Shown here: positions 16,614 to 26,800 of the stretch, piece after piece
Layout: each line of letters opens with the position of its first letter
How positions within the stretch are numbered: position 1 is the first letter of the stretch
Assembly (NCBI GenBank): GCA_030695605.1
Contig: JAUYQE010000029.1
Location: 1 to 36,492, forward strand
DNA from: Nanobdellota archaeon
Lineage (GTDB): Archaea; Nanobdellota; Nanobdellia; Woesearchaeales; GW2011-AR9
Direction: 5' to 3'
DNA: 36,492 nucleotides
Notes under the pieces: generated by a model
What the model saw: only the letters and a program-made list of their open reading frames with translations
The model's database searches: none
Told to the model about the DNA's origin: nothing
Position numbers and translations under genes: made by a program

Positions 16614-16752
16614 ATGTTCTATTCTGATATTGTTAAAGATAAAACAGATTGTTATTAACCTAGACAACACGCACACCAATATTAGTTTGATATTTTTGTG
16701 CTAATAACTTATAATCATCAATCGGATGTTATATAGCTCAGTTATTAATAAT

Positions 16753-16980
16753 CTAACTCTTTCTTCGCAGCAACAAATAGGCACTTACCAGAATGATTAT
16801 TATTGCCGAGATAAAAAGCAGCAGCGTCAGCATCTCAGCCGGCAAAGAATAAATTGCTTGATATTGTACTATCGCCAAGACTGCTACAGCCAACCCATAG
16901 AACAAGAAGAGGCGCACCACCAGTGATTTTCGCTTTTTAGATACCCCATGAATAGGGTGGTGCTTTTCTTTCAAGACCAT
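16753..16980 (-). CDS. Small two-TM membrane protein
   Basis: The ATG at 16978-16980 lies 5 nt after the PAC2 stop. It has two hydrophobic helices (LFLFYGLAVAVLAIV, LLLFISAIIIILVSAYLLL). No homology recognised. Confidence 0.4.
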   Translation of the reverse strand: MVLKEKHHPIHGVSKKRKSLVVRLFLFYGLAVAVLAIVQYQAIYSLPAEMLTLLLFISAIIIILVSAYLLLRRKS

Positions 16981-16984
16981 CTTT

Positions 16985-17698
16985 CTACCCAAGATAGTTC
17001 AGCTTCTTCTGCTCTTGTATCTCTTCTGCATCAGCTTTCTTCCCGAGAATGCCTTTCAACTTCTCCTCGAAAAGCACTGCCTGCTTCAATAAAGGCTTGG
17101 GATCTATTTCCAAACCCGCATAGAGATCCAGTGCTTTGATGATCTCTGCAGCTGCCTTGCTGTCAGGAAGGTTGCTTTTTGCTTCTGCAAAGAGCGCTAC
17201 AACTGGTGTCTTCAGGTGTTTGGCAAGCAACGCTCCCGTGACGCCAACAACAATGCCTTCCATCAAAGGCTGAACACTTTTTCCAAGCTTTTTCTTAATG
17301 CTGCCATCCTGGGTGGCATAATAGAACACTCTGCTCTCACTCGGATTGGGAGAGCCGACACCCTCCAGTGATATGATCTCCCGTGCTTGCAGCATTTCCG
17401 CAAGTTCGGATATGGCTGTTGCGAGCTTCCAGCTTGCGTCTTTGCTGACGTTGATGGCATGGATCAGCACCATATTATAATCTTTATTGTAGTGGATGGA
17501 AATAGGCTCAATCACTTTATTCTGATGGATGGCAATCATGGCCGGAATCTCTTCCATCTCAATAATGCCAATCTTTTCCGTCTTTAAATGATCCATGAGA
17601 AATTCGATGGCGATAGTGCCTATCAACCCAAAGCCGGGAAAGCCTTCAATGATAGTAACGTTCTTTGGTTTTTTTGTTAATGTAAATTGCATGGGCAT
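16985..17698 (-). CDS. PAC2-family proteasome assembly chaperone-like protein
   Basis: IIEGFPGFGLIGTIAIEFL is the typical PAC2/COG1938 N-terminus. I prefer the internal ATG at 17696-17698 (MPMQF...) because it removes the overlap with the upstream gene. Confidence 0.8.
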   Translation of the reverse strand: MPMQFTLTKKPKNVTIIEGFPGFGLIGTIAIEFLMDHLKTEKIGIIEMEEIPAMIAIHQNKVIEPISIHYNKDYNMVLIHAINVSKDASWKLATAISELAEMLQAREIISLEGVGSPNPSESRVFYYATQDGSIKKKLGKSVQPLMEGIVVGVTGALLAKHLKTPVVALFAEAKSNLPDSKAAAEIIKALDLYAGLEIDPKPLLKQAVLFEEKLKGILGKKADAEEIQEQKKLNYLG

Positions 17699-17765
17699 CA
17701 CCTGTTTTTTCTTATGGTTCGTTTGAAAGGTGTTAAGGTATTTAAGGTTTTCGAGAATGGGGGGG

Positions 17766-18422
17766 TTATACATGTATCACATATGAAAAGTACCGGTCAT
17801 AGGGATTCTCCAGCCGCAGCATTTCTTCAACAGAAAGCTTCTCAAAATAGCGCCGGAAAGGCCGCATGGAATTGCCGTGAGCCGAGATGGCCACGCTGAT
17901 GTGCTCTTTCTTCATCTTTTTCAGCAAGTCTTTGATGAATAAACGGACGCGTTTCTCGACGGTTTTTAGGCTTTCGCCGTCCGGCGGAGGGATGTCATAA
18001 GACCGATGCACGGCATTAAAAATCTGCTGAGCGACTTCTTCACCAAATTTCCGGCGTGAATGTTTCTCCAGTTTCCCATACTTCTTCTCGACGGCTACCA
18101 GCACTTTTCTCTTTACTTCTTCCAGAAAAGAGCGATGGCTCCTGCCTTCAAGAGTGCCATAACATCGTTCGATGATACGGTCATCTTCGATGATCTCTCG
18201 GCATTCGGGATGAAATGGCAGTACTTCTTTCAGCGTCTCTTTGGAGCGGGAAAGGTGCGAACGATACGCAACATCAATTTTCTTGTTTTGAAGCTTTCGG
18301 GCAATCGTTCTGGCATTCTGATAGCCTGCGTTCGTCATCTTCGCATCCCGGCAGCCGGTAAACCAGCCACGCTCATTGTATGTCGTCTGGCCGTGGCGGA
18401 AGAGGTAGATATAGAGTTTCAT
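17766..18422 (-). CDS. Histidine phosphatase family protein, cofactor-dependent phosphoglycerate mutase-like
   Basis: Motifs LFRHGQTTYNERGWFTGCRD (RHG motif), SHLSRSKET and ISAHGNSMR, in dPGM order. Confidence 0.8.
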   Translation of the reverse strand: MKLYIYLFRHGQTTYNERGWFTGCRDAKMTNAGYQNARTIARKLQNKKIDVAYRSHLSRSKETLKEVLPFHPECREIIEDDRIIERCYGTLEGRSHRSFLEEVKRKVLVAVEKKYGKLEKHSRRKFGEEVAQQIFNAVHRSYDIPPPDGESLKTVEKRVRLFIKDLLKKMKKEHISVAISAHGNSMRPFRRYFEKLSVEEMLRLENPYDRYFSYVIHV

Positions 18423-18484
18423 GGAATAACAGAAGAAAGAAAAAAGAAATTGATAAAGGTTCCCATTTATCCGGACTGATTTAC

Positions 18485-19195
18485 CTATGGTGAAGGTTCA
18501 CAAGCATCCCCAACACCATCAGTATCGGTATCCACTTGGTCGGCATTTGCCGTTCCCAGGCAATTGTCGCTTCCGGTGCAGGCACTCGGCCCACTACTTG
18601 AAGCACCAGCGTTACAGATACTATCACTATCTTTATCGACTTGGAGATCGGAGCAGCCATTAGCGTCGACAGCGTGGCCTGCAGAAGTTGCCGGGCAGAG
18701 ATCCCTACTATCACCAACCCCATCAGCGTCAGAATCTATTTCTGTTGGTGGAGTTACTCGTTGATAGCACGCTCCGTTGATACAGCCATTGGGGCAGCCT
18801 TGAGTACTTCTTCGATAAGAATTATCGGCAGCACAGGAATATTCAATGAGTATCGTTTCATTGAGACACCTATCGCTGTACCCTTTCATGCTTTGTTTTC
18901 CCGCATACGTATAACTTAGTGTGGTTGTTCCCGCCGTTCCATAATCTGCACCTGCATCAGTTTCAGAACAGCTCTCCCATTTGAAGAGGCTAACTGTTTT
19001 TTTAACAGCAGCAGGCGCCTTATAGATTGCCTGTCCAGCAACAGCACCCTCTTCTTCTGCCAGAGCCGCATCCAAGTCTTCATCGGACAGCTCTTCAAGC
19101 TCTGCTAACGCATCCTCTTCTGATGGCTGCGGAGCGCAGCTTAAAACAAACAACACAGAAAGAAGCACAAAAGTTAAAACAATGATTCTTTTCAT
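18485..19195 (-). CDS. Secreted Cys-rich lipoprotein with thrombospondin type-3-like calcium-binding repeats
   Basis: The ATG at 19193-19195 follows AGAGGTG. MKRIIVLTFVLLSVLFVLSC is a signal peptide with a lipobox. The C-terminal DSDADGVGDSRDLCP and DTDTDGVGDACE match the DxDxDGxxDxxDxC pattern. Confidence 0.7.
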   Translation of the reverse strand: MKRIIVLTFVLLSVLFVLSCAPQPSEEDALAELEELSDEDLDAALAEEEGAVAGQAIYKAPAAVKKTVSLFKWESCSETDAGADYGTAGTTTLSYTYAGKQSMKGYSDRCLNETILIEYSCAADNSYRRSTQGCPNGCINGACYQRVTPPTEIDSDADGVGDSRDLCPATSAGHAVDANGCSDLQVDKDSDSICNAGASSSGPSACTGSDNCLGTANADQVDTDTDGVGDACEPSP

Positions 19196-19306
19196 AACAA
19201 ACACCTCTTTTGTTTTTAAGACTTATGTATATTTCTTCGGTTTATATAGATTTCGCAATGCTGCAAGGTGAAAAATAGTTGATGATCATTTTTGCAAAGC
19301 TTTTTT

Positions 19307-19765
19307 TTATTTTGAACAAGCTCCTGCAATACAGCTTCTATCCACCGGACAGTTAACCGTTATTCTTCCATAGCCCTGCCCTTCTTCTTCACAGAAATAC
19401 TCTCGGAGGCTGGTAGTATTGATGCAATAGTCAACATATGTCATGAACTTTTCAAATCCTTGTTTAGAATAATTCACGCGCACAGCTCCTTTGACGAGCG
19501 GATTTTTTTGTTCCCCCTGTGCATCTCCATCACTGTCAGAACACCTTTCCCACCGGATAGTTGCTAGGGCTCCCGCCACGTCGGAAGGCAAAGTAGTGCT
19601 CCTGCCCGTAATGGCTTCACCCAGGTTAGTTAAGACTGCCTCAAGATCGTCATCAGACAACTGCTCCAGCTCCCAGAACACTTTTCCGTCAGAAGCCTGC
19701 TGAGAACAGGCGGCTAAGACCAAGAAAATGGCAATAATGATTATCAACAATGGGATGTGTTTCAT
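19307..19765 (-). CDS. Secreted Cys-rich lipoprotein, paralogue of 18485-19195 lacking the TSP3 tail
   Basis: MKHIPLLIIIIAIFLVLAAC is a signal peptide with a lipobox. It aligns with its neighbour at LEQLSDDDLEAVL / LEELSDEDLDAAL and at WERCSDSDGD / WESCSETDAG. It also aligns at YCINTTSLREYFC...C...C..GAC / RCLNETILIEYSC...C..GC..GAC. Confidence 0.7.
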   Translation of the reverse strand: MKHIPLLIIIIAIFLVLAACSQQASDGKVFWELEQLSDDDLEAVLTNLGEAITGRSTTLPSDVAGALATIRWERCSDSDGDAQGEQKNPLVKGAVRVNYSKQGFEKFMTYVDYCINTTSLREYFCEEEGQGYGRITVNCPVDRSCIAGACSK

Positions 19766-19904
19766 CAAAGCGCCTCGTTTTTATGAAGCCCTAGAAAATA
19801 AAATAGCCCTATAAACATTTCGATTCTCTTCTTCAAAAAGAGCAAAAATCCCACCAAAAGCCTTAAAAATACCCCCATAAATGGAGGGGGATTATACACT
19901 GAAA

Positions 19905-20618
19905 ATGGTACTGCAGACCGTAGAAACGTTGATTGAAGGGGGCAAAGCAACAGCAGCCCCGCCGTTAGGGCCAGCTTTAGGGCCGACGGGAGTAAACATC
20001 GGCCAGGTAGTTATGGAAATAAACAAGAAAACGGCTGACCTGAAAGGTATGCAGGTTCCCGTCAAAGTGACGGTTAATACGGAAACCAAAGAATTTTCTA
20101 TTGTCATTGGCACGCCGCCAGCAGCGGCGCTCATCAAAAAAGAAGCAGGCATTGAGAAAGGAGCCAGCAATCCGCTGACGGAAAAAGTTGCTGATATGGT
20201 CATTGAGCAGATCATTAAAATAGCGAAAGCCAAAGAAGATGCGCTGCTCGGAAAAAGCTTAAAAGCAAAAGTGAAAGAGATCATCGGCAGCTGTCACTCC
20301 ATGGGTATTCTAGTCGAAGGCATGCCGGCACGGGACGCTTTACGAGCCGTAGAAGCCGGGAAATTTGATGCCGAGATTGCCTCGGGCAAGACGGAGCTGA
20401 GTGCTGAAGAGCGCCAGCGCTTAGAGGGCGAGAAGCATCGCCTGCGGGAAGAGATGGAACGGCGCAGAGCAGAATTCGAGGTGCAGGCCAAGACCATCAT
20501 GAAAGAGATGGAAGGCAAGGAGTCCAGGAAGATCCGGGCACGCATGTTAGAAGTGGGCATTCCCCAGCCTCTTATCGACGAGCTAGTGCCGCCGGAAAAA
20601 GAATCGGCGAAGAAGTAG
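19905..20618 (+). CDS. rpl11: Ribosomal protein uL11 with an atypical charged C-terminal extension
   Basis: LIEGGKATAAPPLGPALGPTGVNIGQVV is the uL11 signature. The ATG at 19905 follows GGAGGGGG. The canonical domain ends near AGKFDAEI, and about 80 more residues follow. Confidence 0.9.
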   Translation: MVLQTVETLIEGGKATAAPPLGPALGPTGVNIGQVVMEINKKTADLKGMQVPVKVTVNTETKEFSIVIGTPPAAALIKKEAGIEKGASNPLTEKVADMVIEQIIKIAKAKEDALLGKSLKAKVKEIIGSCHSMGILVEGMPARDALRAVEAGKFDAEIASGKTELSAEERQRLEGEKHRLREEMERRRAEFEVQAKTIMKEMEGKESRKIRARMLEVGIPQPLIDELVPPEKESAKK

Positions 20619-20642
20619 GGAGACTTTTAGGAGTTAATCATT

Positions 20643-21668
20643 ATGAACTACTCTGACAAACTTCGCTGTGGAAAATTACCCGACGGGGAACTCTCTCGGA
20701 TTCTGGAAAAATATACAAATAGCAAAAGCGAGCGGGTTCTTCTTGGTCCAAGACTAGGCGAAGATGCGGGGATTGTTGATCTGGGAAACAAGAAGAACAA
20801 TTGTTTGGCAATATGCGTTGATCCTATCATGGTCAATATCTCCAATGCGCCGTATTTTGCGGTTGCTATTAATGTGAATGACATAGTTACCCGGGGGGCT
20901 ACGCCGCAGTGGGCTTCGGCAAGTATCTTTTTTCCCGAAGGCTGCACCCTTACGGATGTTGATCGCTTCTTTGGCCAGCTTTATGAAGCAATTCGGCCCC
21001 ACCATATCTCGATAGTCACTGGGCATACTGAGGTCACTTCTTTGGTAAAAAATCCCGGCATTGTTTTGACGCTTTTTGGGGAAGTTGATGAAGATCATAT
21101 CATCACAACCTCGGGAGCAAAAGAAGGCGATGCACTGGTTCTCACCGGGGGAGCAGGCATCGAAGGAACAGCCATCCTTGCAGCAGATTTCTCTCAAACA
21201 CTCCAAGGCAAAGTTGACAACAGTGTTTTGGAACGTGCAAAACAATTTATCTACGACCCAGGGATATGCATTGCTCCTGCGGCATATATTGCCTGGAAGC
21301 ATAAGCCCCATGCCCTGCATGATCCAACGGAAGGCGGGGTGAGAAAAGGAATTGAGGAATTAGCGTTCGCCTCCGGCAATGGGGTATTTGTTGATTATCA
21401 GAACATTCCCATCCGAGAGGAAACCCGGAAGATTTGTGCGGTGACGGGTGATGATCCATTGGGAATCTTTGGTTCTGGAGCGCTTCTGATCAGCATTGCG
21501 CCCGAAAGAGCTCTTGGCCTCCTGCAAGAATACGTCGGCGCCGGTATTATTGCGCGGGAGATCGGCAGTGTCACCAACAAAGCAAAAGGAAGAATTCTTC
21601 GGTATGAGGGAAAAGAGATTCCTCTAGAAGCCAGTTATACGGATGGCCTTATTGATCGGCTCAATTAA
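20643..21668 (+). CDS. AIR-synthase-related (PurM/ThiL/HypE superfamily) protein
   Basis: LGEDAGIVDL...CVDPI and VNDIVTRGATP in the N-domain, and GHTEV and DPTEGG in the C-domain, fit the PurM-like fold. The specific subfamily was not resolved. Confidence 0.75.
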   Translation: MNYSDKLRCGKLPDGELSRILEKYTNSKSERVLLGPRLGEDAGIVDLGNKKNNCLAICVDPIMVNISNAPYFAVAINVNDIVTRGATPQWASASIFFPEGCTLTDVDRFFGQLYEAIRPHHISIVTGHTEVTSLVKNPGIVLTLFGEVDEDHIITTSGAKEGDALVLTGGAGIEGTAILAADFSQTLQGKVDNSVLERAKQFIYDPGICIAPAAYIAWKHKPHALHDPTEGGVRKGIEELAFASGNGVFVDYQNIPIREETRKICAVTGDDPLGIFGSGALLISIAPERALGLLQEYVGAGIIAREIGSVTNKAKGRILRYEGKEIPLEASYTDGLIDRLN

Positions 21669-21697
21669 TTGCTGGTAGTATCTCTGCTTCAGAATTT

Positions 21698-23776
21698 CTA
21701 CCTTAAGACCTCTTGCCGTATTCGATTGATTTTTTCTCTGGTCGACCGTGGCGGCTCTGTGGTGCTGATTCCATATTTCGTTAAATCAAAAGCCCGTGGC
21801 ACTTTCAGGACAGAATTCTGGTCAAATCCTAGTGATTGCCATGTTGTAAAATTCTCGGCGTTATTCGCCCAATCAAAACACCAGCCGTAGCAGAACATGA
21901 CAGACTTGTCTAATTTTTCCCAGAGAGCAGTAAAAGCTGCCGCGGCATCTCGGTCTTCCCAGGTTGTTGCATACTGTATCGAATGGTCCCAGAAAAATGA
22001 TGGGCCGGAATTCATAAATACATTATTATTTGCCGTATTCCCTTCTGCCAAAGCAGCTTCCCGCTGAATCGTGAGCGGGAAGGACACATTCAGGAAAATA
22101 TTGTTCCTCAGAGTATTCTGCCGCAAAGGATACTCTGGACTCACCACCACTTCAAGCACCCCGCCGGGTGAATCATACACCAGATTATTATCAACAAGGA
22201 CATATCGAGAGCCGGAGAGAACCACGCCACCGTAAAAATCCAGCTCTTCTCCAAATTTTCCTTTTCCGTTGTTGAGGAGAATATTATTCTGTATTTTTAC
22301 GGGATTTTTAGCAGCCCCACTCGAGATCTCAATGCGGATGCCATCAAAGCTATTATTCACAATAATATTGCCTTCGATAACTGCATTCTCCATCTGCGTT
22401 CCGTCAAACCATACTCCCCACCCGTCATTATTTTTGACGAGATTGTTGCGGAACATCATATTGTTATTTGTCGCCAAGCCCACATTTGGGGCAAACTTTA
22501 TTCCTCCGGCATGCCAGCCGCGATTATATTTTCGCACGTTGTTGCTTTCGATGATATTGCTTTCATACATCGTATTATCCCCGTACAGCCCAGCACCGGC
22601 ATCGCCATTAGAGCGGAACACGGAATTTTTCACCACACAGTTTTTGCAGATGCCCGCTAAACCCGTGAATCCATTATAGGAAGAATCCAGATTTTCAAAA
22701 CGATTATACGAACCGCTTAAAATAACCGCTCCGAAATGGCCTCCTCCAAATCGAAGAACGAGATTTTTGATATGAATATAATTCATAGGGTGGTCTGCAA
22801 AGGCAAAAGGCATAGCGGGGCTAACGCCGACTTCTATGTTTTTGGTATTTGGATTAGTCCCGTCCGGCAGCCAGATGAAGAGCTCTCCAAAGTCCGGGTC
22901 AGTTGCATCACTTTCATAGTAAAAAGTGGGTGTCCTCCCCTGATCCATGTCGGATTGGTCTGTGCCCAGGGAAGATGTTTCACCGGGGAATCTTCGATCA
23001 GCCCAGGAATCTGCGGCGGAGGTGGAAAAAGTCCAGCCATTCTTCAAAGAATTAATTTCTTGAAATAATACAATGGAATTCTCATCAATGGCAACGATTT
23101 GCGGCGCTCGGGTTCCTTCTTTGTAGGGGTATAAATATTGCCAGTAATGGTTATTTTCCAGATAGGTTTTCCAATCAACAGCCCAAATATTTGCTTCGGG
23201 GCGTTCAGCGTAGCGTTCCCAACTCTGTGCCCTATCCGAAAAATAGATCATCGGCTTTTCTCCTGGATAGCCGCTAATCACTGTTGGATTATTCGGTGTA
23301 CCACTTATATCGCGAACTTCCGCTGAGAATTGAGACCCAAAAGCAACGGAATCAAAACGGTAAGTTCCATCGCGTATGTAGAGCTTTCCGCTGCCTTCCA
23401 GATGCGGGGTTCTGCTGCTGAAAGCCCGCTCAAAAGTGCACCAAGGCTGCTCTACCGTTCCCGGATTGTCGTCGCTGCAAGGGCCGCAGATGCTATTGCC
23501 GTCGACGTAGAAATCTTTGTTGGAGCGCGGATGGAGGTCTTTGCAAACGTATGCTCTTAAGCTGGGCGTTTTGGTAGCATCAAGACTTGATCGGAATGGT
23601 TCAACAGTAGTTTTAACTGGTTCGCTCGTAAAATAATATGCTTTCCCCACAATCCCCTGCGGCCCCAGCACAAAGATCCAGAGAATACTTATGGCAGTAA
23701 AGAGCAGGAAGATTGCTGTCCCAAGGATCACTTGAGCTTTAATATTTCTTTTTATCGTTCCTTTTTTAAAAGTCAT
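21698..23776 (-). CDS. Membrane-anchored right-handed parallel beta-helix repeat protein
   Basis: N-terminal TM segment VILGTAIFLLFTAISILWIFVL. Tandem PbH1-like turns follow (KNSVFRSNGDAGAGLY, SNIIESNN, FRNNLVKNNDGWGVWF, IEGNIIVNNSFDGIRI, IQNNILLNNG, VDNNLVYD). Confidence 0.8.
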   Translation of the reverse strand: MTFKKGTIKRNIKAQVILGTAIFLLFTAISILWIFVLGPQGIVGKAYYFTSEPVKTTVEPFRSSLDATKTPSLRAYVCKDLHPRSNKDFYVDGNSICGPCSDDNPGTVEQPWCTFERAFSSRTPHLEGSGKLYIRDGTYRFDSVAFGSQFSAEVRDISGTPNNPTVISGYPGEKPMIYFSDRAQSWERYAERPEANIWAVDWKTYLENNHYWQYLYPYKEGTRAPQIVAIDENSIVLFQEINSLKNGWTFSTSAADSWADRRFPGETSSLGTDQSDMDQGRTPTFYYESDATDPDFGELFIWLPDGTNPNTKNIEVGVSPAMPFAFADHPMNYIHIKNLVLRFGGGHFGAVILSGSYNRFENLDSSYNGFTGLAGICKNCVVKNSVFRSNGDAGAGLYGDNTMYESNIIESNNVRKYNRGWHAGGIKFAPNVGLATNNNMMFRNNLVKNNDGWGVWFDGTQMENAVIEGNIIVNNSFDGIRIEISSGAAKNPVKIQNNILLNNGKGKFGEELDFYGGVVLSGSRYVLVDNNLVYDSPGGVLEVVVSPEYPLRQNTLRNNIFLNVSFPLTIQREAALAEGNTANNNVFMNSGPSFFWDHSIQYATTWEDRDAAAAFTALWEKLDKSVMFCYGWCFDWANNAENFTTWQSLGFDQNSVLKVPRAFDLTKYGISTTEPPRSTREKINRIRQEVLR

Positions 23777-23840
23777 CTTCTTACCTCTTTCTCCCGTTCT
23801 TTCTATTATATTTCATCAATAATACGTGATGCCAATTATA

Positions 23841-26800
23841 TTAATCTTCTCCCAACACCATATCGTACTCATTCGTCATAACGGTCGCCGTACCCCGGAA
23901 CAAGCGCGTTTTTACTAAATAATTCCCTTTATATTCTGCAGGATTATAGGCAATCTGTTGCGCAAAGATGAACGTTTGGTTGCCACTTACTGCATAAGGC
24001 CCGTAGAGCTCGGTAAAAGCCGGTTGCGGCAGCAGAAGCCTCTGCAGTTGATTGCGGATGGTAAAGCGGAAGGGCAATTGCTGCAGCACGGGCTGCTCTC
24101 TTTTCTTGATCAAGCTTAACTCCAGCCAGTACTTGCCGTCTTTTGGCACTTCTTGGACGCCGATTGCCGCCCCGGTTATTCCCCCTCCAGCTTGTTCGGC
24201 ATAATACTGCCGCAGCTGTTCCGTAACATCGGGTGGTGCGAAGAACGCATAGACATCCATCGTGTTCGCATTTGTATCATGATCTAAAGCTACGCCGGAA
24301 AATTCGGTAGCGGGAACATCAACTTCCTGTTCTAGCAGCGTTCTTCCTAGAGTAATGAACTGCACTTTCATTTTTCTCGTGCCACTGCCCAGGCCGCTTT
24401 TGATCTCCAGTGTCTTCTCGATACTTTGGCCAGGCTCGAGAATAATCTCTTCCGCTTCCAGCTCTGCTTTGAGCAATCGTCCGGAAATAGGTTCTGAGCT
24501 GTAGTAGAGGTCCAATATCTTTCTGGAGAGGGAATCTTGGTGGCCGAGAGTCTTTGTAGTGATGATGAAGAAGGGATCATCTACTTCCTGCAACAGTTCC
24601 GGGAACAGGCGCATTTTTTTCTTGGCGTTGTTCTGGAGAGTAACCGTCACTGCGGTAACTGTCTGGCGGACAGTGCTGGGCAAGGCCACGGTAATGCCAT
24701 CAGTCTTCGTAACATTTTCTTCCCGGGCTTCTGGGAGAGAAAGCTGCCGGGATTCGGTAATACTGCCGCTAACCAGAGAAGCCCCTTGCGCCTCCGCTTG
24801 GGTAATTTCCTGGTCAAGCTCAGCTTCCGTGTATTCTTCCGTTACTGCTTCTTCTGTGGTTGACGCTGTTTCCGTAGTCGTCGTTGGCGTCGTGGTGGTG
24901 GTGGTAGTGGTCGTTGTAGTTGTTGTGGTGGTCGTCGAGCCCCCTCCCCCGCCGCTGGGAGTGCTAGGAATGTCCCCAAAAGGAGCAAAAGTTGAGAACG
25001 TGGAAAGATTTCCGGAGGAAACAATGTTGTTAGCTGTATCTACTGAAGAAATCCCGACAGCTACCCAGCTGGTGGTGCTCTCGCTATAATTATAGAGCTT
25101 TATAGTACTTTCGGTAACACTGGAAACTTCTGACGTAAGATAACTCAGGTTGAAGTCCAGGTATCCCCCAAGAGAGGTGTTCGTTATAGTCAGATAGTCA
25201 CCTCCAATATTGCTCTTGCCTTCCGGGCTAGATATAGAGCTGCTATTTACCGTTACAGAAATGCCACGAAAAAAGGAGCTGGTGAAATTCTCATCGCTGG
25301 TGAGGATGATGTTTCTAAGTGTATTATCCCACGTGTCTCCATCTGCAAAGATAGCAGCAGCGCCGGCGGATGTTATTTTATCGTCAGTAACCGTATTGTT
25401 ATGGGCATCCAGGAAATAGATGCCGTAAGCAGTCGTATTGTATGTTGTGATGTTGTTCTCGCGGAGGGTCGTGAAATTAGCATAACGCAACCAAATACCG
25501 TAGGCAGTTGGACCTTGAGTCACGATGTTATTTCCCTGAATAACGCTTTCCGTTGCCGTGCCCTGATTGACCGGAATCCCATAAGAATTTGTTCCATTGG
25601 TGGAAATGTTATTCCAGGAGACATTATTATGCGCCGTGGCGGGGCCTTCTAAAAGGATCCCCCGGCTAGCGACGCCATAAGTCGTGAGGAGGTTGTAAAC
25701 GACCGTATTATTATAGGCGGGGTAGGGGCTATCATCGCCAAGGCCTATAGCATTAGAATCACTTCCATAGGTGGTGACATTGTTGCTGGCAATAAACGTG
25801 GCATTGGACATGGTGATATAAATGCCTTTTCCCCCTGTTCCAAAAGTTATAATGGTGTTTCCGGAAATATTATGGGACCGGGAGAACGAAACCCAGATGC
25901 CATAGCCATCCACGCCCGACGTCGTGATGTTATTAAAAGATATATTCATTCCTCGCGACCCACTGCCGACGAAAAACCCTGATGCTCCGTCAAAGCTCGA
26001 GGTGTTTATAAGATTATAAGCAAACGTGCTAAAATTAGAATTGTTCATCAAGAACGCGCGGCCATTGCTGGTGATATTAATCACGTTATAGAAAGCAGTG
26101 TTGTTCGTTGTTGCAAAAAAGTATATTCCGTAGTTTTCATTCGAGCTGCTGGAGTTAGCCATGATCGTATTTGAAAAAACCGTGTTATCATTAGAAGAGG
26201 TATTTAAGAAAATCCCATAGCCATCCGATGTACTCCCCGCTCGAATCGTGTTGGAACTGATGTTGGTGTGCGAGAGATTATACCCGTAAATCCCGATAGA
26301 GCCAGCAGAAGTCGACGCCCGGAGGGTGTTGTTGTATATCAAAGAGTATGTGACGTTAATGGCCGTGATGGCCCGGCTGAAATTCTCGATCAGGGCAAAA
26401 TTCTTAATAGTGATGTTCTTTTGATTGAGTATGCTGATGCCCGAGCCTGTAGTATCGCCGCCCAGACCATAGCCGGAGCCATCCAGCGTTATATCAGAAC
26501 TGTTGATCGTTACGCACGTCCCAGAAGCGGTGAGGTTTCGTATTAAAGACTGGGTAAAGTCAACAATCCCGCAGCGCACTTCGTATGCAGAGAAGCTGCT
26601 TAACGACGAGGTATTAAAGACGAGTCTTCCTGCAGAATAGCTGAAGACAAAGCAGGTTGTCCCATTGCAATTGCTGCCTAACCGGCGGATAAGAATAGGA
26701 TCTTCCGTATAATTGTTGACGGTTCGTATCTGATCAACAAATGCAAAATCCAGTCCAAATAAAGAGATATTCGCGCTGGCATTAATCCTGCCCAGGCCGA

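Noticed and set aside
15550-16748. GTTATTAA motif at 15550, 16651 and 16741 around the serine recombinase as candidate recombination sites
   Set aside because: It is an 8-mer in very AT-rich DNA with no extended flanking similarity or consistent dyad symmetry. It is compatible with chance.
24559-25089. 176-aa plus-strand ORF with a poly-Val run
   Set aside because: It is the antisense reading of the poly-Thr tract of the giant surface-protein gene.
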